A stretch of DNA of 53,704 bases from Octopus bimaculoides (lineage: Eukaryota): NCBI RefSeq assembly GCF_001194135.2, contig NC_069002.1, forward strand, positions 33,240,900 through 33,294,603, read 5' to 3'. Positions within the stretch are counted from its first letter, which is position 1. Every line of letters starts with the position of its first letter. This document shows positions 50,854-53,704 of this stretch, piece after piece. A program made the translations under genes and the position numbers. A model generated the notes under the pieces. That model searched no databases, was not told the DNA's origin, and saw only the letters and a program-made list of their open reading frames with translations.

Positions 50854-51001
50854 GCGGCCTTTCGCCATACATGCGCTTTCTTCAGCACACAGAATTATAT
50901 TTGTTTCTTCATTCATATCTTTCACAGTCCTTGCCATCATTCTTATATTTTCCAGCCCCTTTCGAAAATTCACTTCGATAGGTTTCTTCTTATTTTGGCT
51001 G
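50854..51001 (-). CDS. Candidate 148-nt exon (SQNKKKPIEVNFRKGLENIRMMARTVKDMNEETNIILCAEESACMAKGR)
   Basis: Tandem CAGCAG acceptor, CGC|gtgagt donor, 49 open codons of protein-like composition. No family recognised. Confidence 0.3.
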
Positions 51002-51133
51002 CTGCAGTGTACGAGCCGAAATTGGTTTTCAACATACAATTGAAACTTATGAATTCTGAATGCATTTTTCTACGACCATGTATGCATATGTGTGTATGTA
51101 TGTATGTATGTATGTGTGTATGTGTGTGTACAC

Positions 51134-51217
<84 letters not shown>

Positions 51218-51599
51218 GTGTGTGCGTGTGTGTGAGTGTGTGTGTGTTTATGTATGTATGTATACGTATAGCAGAATTTCTTTTTGAGAATTCACCTCAA
51301 TTTGTAAAGCGTACAGTTGTTGTTTTTACATAGATTTATTCACATACCTACCAGACTAGCAAACTAGTTTCAACAATTTTTTGCTTATCAATGATAGAAA
51401 TGTATATAAAACAATGAGATTTTAACTGGTTTTAAAATTATGAAGTAGAAATTGAACACACATGTGTAAACGATCAAATGTTCACATAAACTTGAATGAA
51501 AGTAAATGTTCAGCGAAGAATATAATAAATGTACACTACTTACAGTTCGGTCATATTGAATTTTTATGGAATACGTGGACAAGAAAGAGGAAACAGAAA

Positions 51600-52085
51600 A
51601 GGAGTTAAGAAAGGTGTTTTTACTGTTTTCGCAGTGTCTGTCGTCTTGCGTGTAGTTCTTTGTTCTGTTGCGTACTGCTATGTTGACTGTTAACGGAATT
51701 TTGGGGGAATCAGTTATTTTGATGAAGAAACTGTTTTTGTTTTGGTCAAGTTTGGTGTTCTGCTTGGTTGACTTCAGCGTCGGGAGTCGGTCATTAGTTT
51801 TTGCCTAATGGTCATAAACCGTTCTGGTTGGTTGATCCTCTTAAGATGTCAGTTTTTTTTTTTCTGTTTGTTCTGTTGGTTCTGATGGGATGTAAAATAG
51901 CATTGGTCTAGTAAGAAGTTACGTGAGTAACTTATGTTTGAGAAACTGTATGGTGTTATTGTATAGTGATTTGGAGATGGGATTTCGAAACCCATGAGGG
52001 AGCCTTTACTAAATTTCTCGAATTATGTCTGTTGTATCTGGTTGTTTATTTTGTGGAGAAATTGTGTTTTTTTTCTTTCGATGTT
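51600..52085 (-). mobile_element. Degenerate ORF-like, strand-biased segment, possibly the N-terminal region of a PLE ORF
   Basis: A/C-rich on the minus strand like the adjacent PLE. Frameshifted reading ...KSLYNNTIQFLKHKLLT*LLTRPMLFYIPSEPTEQT. No diagnostic motif. Confidence 0.3.
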
Positions 52086-52086
<1 letters not shown>

Positions 52087-52143
<57 letters not shown>

Positions 52144-52249
52144 GTAGTAGTAGTAGTAGTAGTAGTAGTATTCAGGTAACTGCTTGGAATCGAACTCGGA
52201 ATCTTGAGGTTAGTAGCCTGCGCTCTTAACCACTACGTCATATGCCCGT
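52087..52249 (-). mobile_element. Short tRNA-derived SINE (type D) with (TAC)n(TAA)n tail
   Basis: Reverse complement ggcatatgacgtagtggttaagagcgcaggctactaacctcaagattccgagttcgattccaagc has clear A and B boxes and runs into a simple-repeat tail. Confidence 0.88.
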
Positions 52250-53225
52250 TATATGTTGAGTCTTGCAAGCGGTAGATGCAAATCGCGCAGTTAGGGTAAG
52301 TGCATTTTTTGTCTAGAGAGGTTGTATGTTTGGTGGGTAATTTGGCGCTGGTAAGTAACCTTTTTAGAGATTACGGTTGTCTCTTGCTTTTAATAATCCT
52401 ATGTGTTTCCAGTGCTCGCAGGTCGTTCATAAGGAAAGCTATGTTTTGATGGATGATGTTGTATACTTTAATGTTCCTTAAATTGTGTGTTGATACGCAA
52501 GACAAAGTTTTAGGTGTGTCATGGGACTTTCTTGTTTTTCGTAACTCTTGCATATCTATCGTTTTTGCATGTTCTATTCCATTTTTGATTAAAATAGCCG
52601 GGTACTTTCTTTCTATCTATGTGTTTTTCAGTACTTTGTGCCGTTTATCTCGGGTTTCGGGATTTGATGCCATCGTACAAATTCTTATTGCTAAGCTGCA
52701 AGTTATATTCATTTCAATTTTTTTTCTTTTTTTGTGCGTGGTTGGAAGAGAATAGAAGATATTTTTTGAAGTAGATGTCGGTTTCAATTTAAATATTTCT
52801 TTTTATGACAAAATGTCCAGGAAAGGTAGCCTTTTGTAGCTGTATTCCATTGTAAATTGGATATGTGGTTAATGCCGTTAAGTTTTAAATTCTAAGAGTT
52901 GTACAAGTTTATGCGACCACAGAATGAAACAATCATCCAGGTAACGTTTCCAGTTGATGAATAAGTATTTTTGGAAGTTGTCTCCAAATTTCAGTCTAGC
53001 GTGCTCGTATATTCGAACTTCCAAGTATGTCATGACAAGGTTAGCAAACGTAGAGGCTACCCCCATTCCCATCGCAGTGCCTGCTACATGTCTGTAGGTG
53101 TTCTAGTTAAAGTCGTTCTCTAGGATGAATTTTAGTCCTCCAATGATGAATCCTCTTCATATTCGACCAGGAATGTCATTTGGAAAACTTTCCGGCCAGA
53201 ATTGTATGGTTTCTTTGCTGTATTC
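52250..53225 (-). mobile_element. Penelope-like element: reverse transcriptase core, thumb and linker up to the Cys motif before GIY-YIG (degenerate, truncated)
   Basis: LKFILEN...GTAMGMGVASTFANLVMTYLE...NWKRYLDDCFILW, then VSTHN...IIKSKRQP*SLKRLLTSAK...KCTYPNCAIC. These are diagnostic PLE RT motifs (GxxMG..A, RYxDD). Confidence 0.92.
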
Positions 53226-53479
53226 ATTAGAATTAGAGGTTTAGAGGATTATTACATTGAACGAAATCAGAAGGTTATTCCCCGAAGCAAACAAAATGTA
53301 CAATTCAGAAATTCATCCGAAACTCATAATTTGAAAAGCGATAGCGAAACCGGTTATTACGTTGAAAGGAAAACAATCTTAACACTTTTATTTTCATGAT
53401 TTTAATTAGTCTTTAGACTTATAAAACAAATCGTGTGTGTTTTTTTCATCTTATTTCCTTCTTTGGGATCACCAGTACT

Positions 53480-53690
53480 TTGTTATTGTCCCTTCTTCCT
53501 AGCTCTCCTGTGTGGCCCCTGTGTCCGGCATTCGCCTTGATAGATCGCTAGCCACTACACATTCTTAATTTTCTCTCCCTGTTTCTTTCTGTCTTCGTTT
53601 CTGTGGATGAGCGTAGACTCGAAGCGTTAACGACTTTTTCACTTCCCGAGCGTTAAATTAATACATCTGTTTGTTGTCTACACCACCTGA
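53480..53690 (+). mobile_element. Probable PLE terminal repeat (pLTR) with a degenerate minimal hammerhead motif, inverted relative to the RT
   Basis: tcgtt-t-CTGTGGA-t-GAGC-gtag-ACTC-GAAGC-GTT-aacga at 53595-53633 folds as a type I minimal hammerhead. It lies 250 bp from the PLE RT. Confidence 0.55.
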
Positions 53691-53704
53691 TATATATATA
53701 TATA

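Noticed and set aside
50813-51043. Plus-strand hydrophobic ORF (LAIILIFSSPFRKF) resembling GPCR TM7/helix 8
   Set aside because: It lacks NPxxY and is simply the reverse complement of the K/E/N-rich minus-strand candidate.
52160-52249. tRNA gene (also heads at 7150-7229, 25270-25345 and 32800-32868)
   Set aside because: A and B boxes are present, but there is no complete cloverleaf and each runs into a SINE body or simple-repeat tail.
1-53704. CRISPR array, rRNA, operon or prokaryotic defence system
   Set aside because: There are no regularly spaced repeat-spacer units, no rRNA-like sequence and no gene-dense region. The DNA is clearly eukaryotic and repeat-rich.

Overview
AT-rich, microsatellite-saturated animal DNA. 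It is most consistent with a cephalopod (Octopus-like) draft assembly; this is inferred from the repeat landscape, not proven. About 9.3 kb (~17%) is N, in 19 gaps that mostly sit at (TA)n tracts. I recognise no intact protein-coding gene, rRNA, tRNA or CRISPR array, and nearly all long ORFs in the track are artefacts of gaps or simple repeats. The window reads as intergenic or intronic sequence built from four tRNA-derived SINE types, three mariner relics, a BED-finger hAT relic, RTE and CR1/L2-type LINE fragments, a Penelope-like element (PLE) RT, and a degenerate ~1.1 kb Gag-like ORF. The best leads are: (1) a PLE RT joined to an inverted terminal repeat carrying a degenerate minimal hammerhead-ribozyme fold; (2) several fold-back structures, namely a 153-bp near-perfect inverted repeat, inverted arms around a TA tract, a SINE-SINE hairpin and a mariner inversion; (3) a copia-type Gag relic; (4) a degenerate ~145-bp tandem array; (5) low-confidence exon and promoter candidates, mostly on the minus strand. 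All protein-family calls come from manual translation and motif recall, with no database search.
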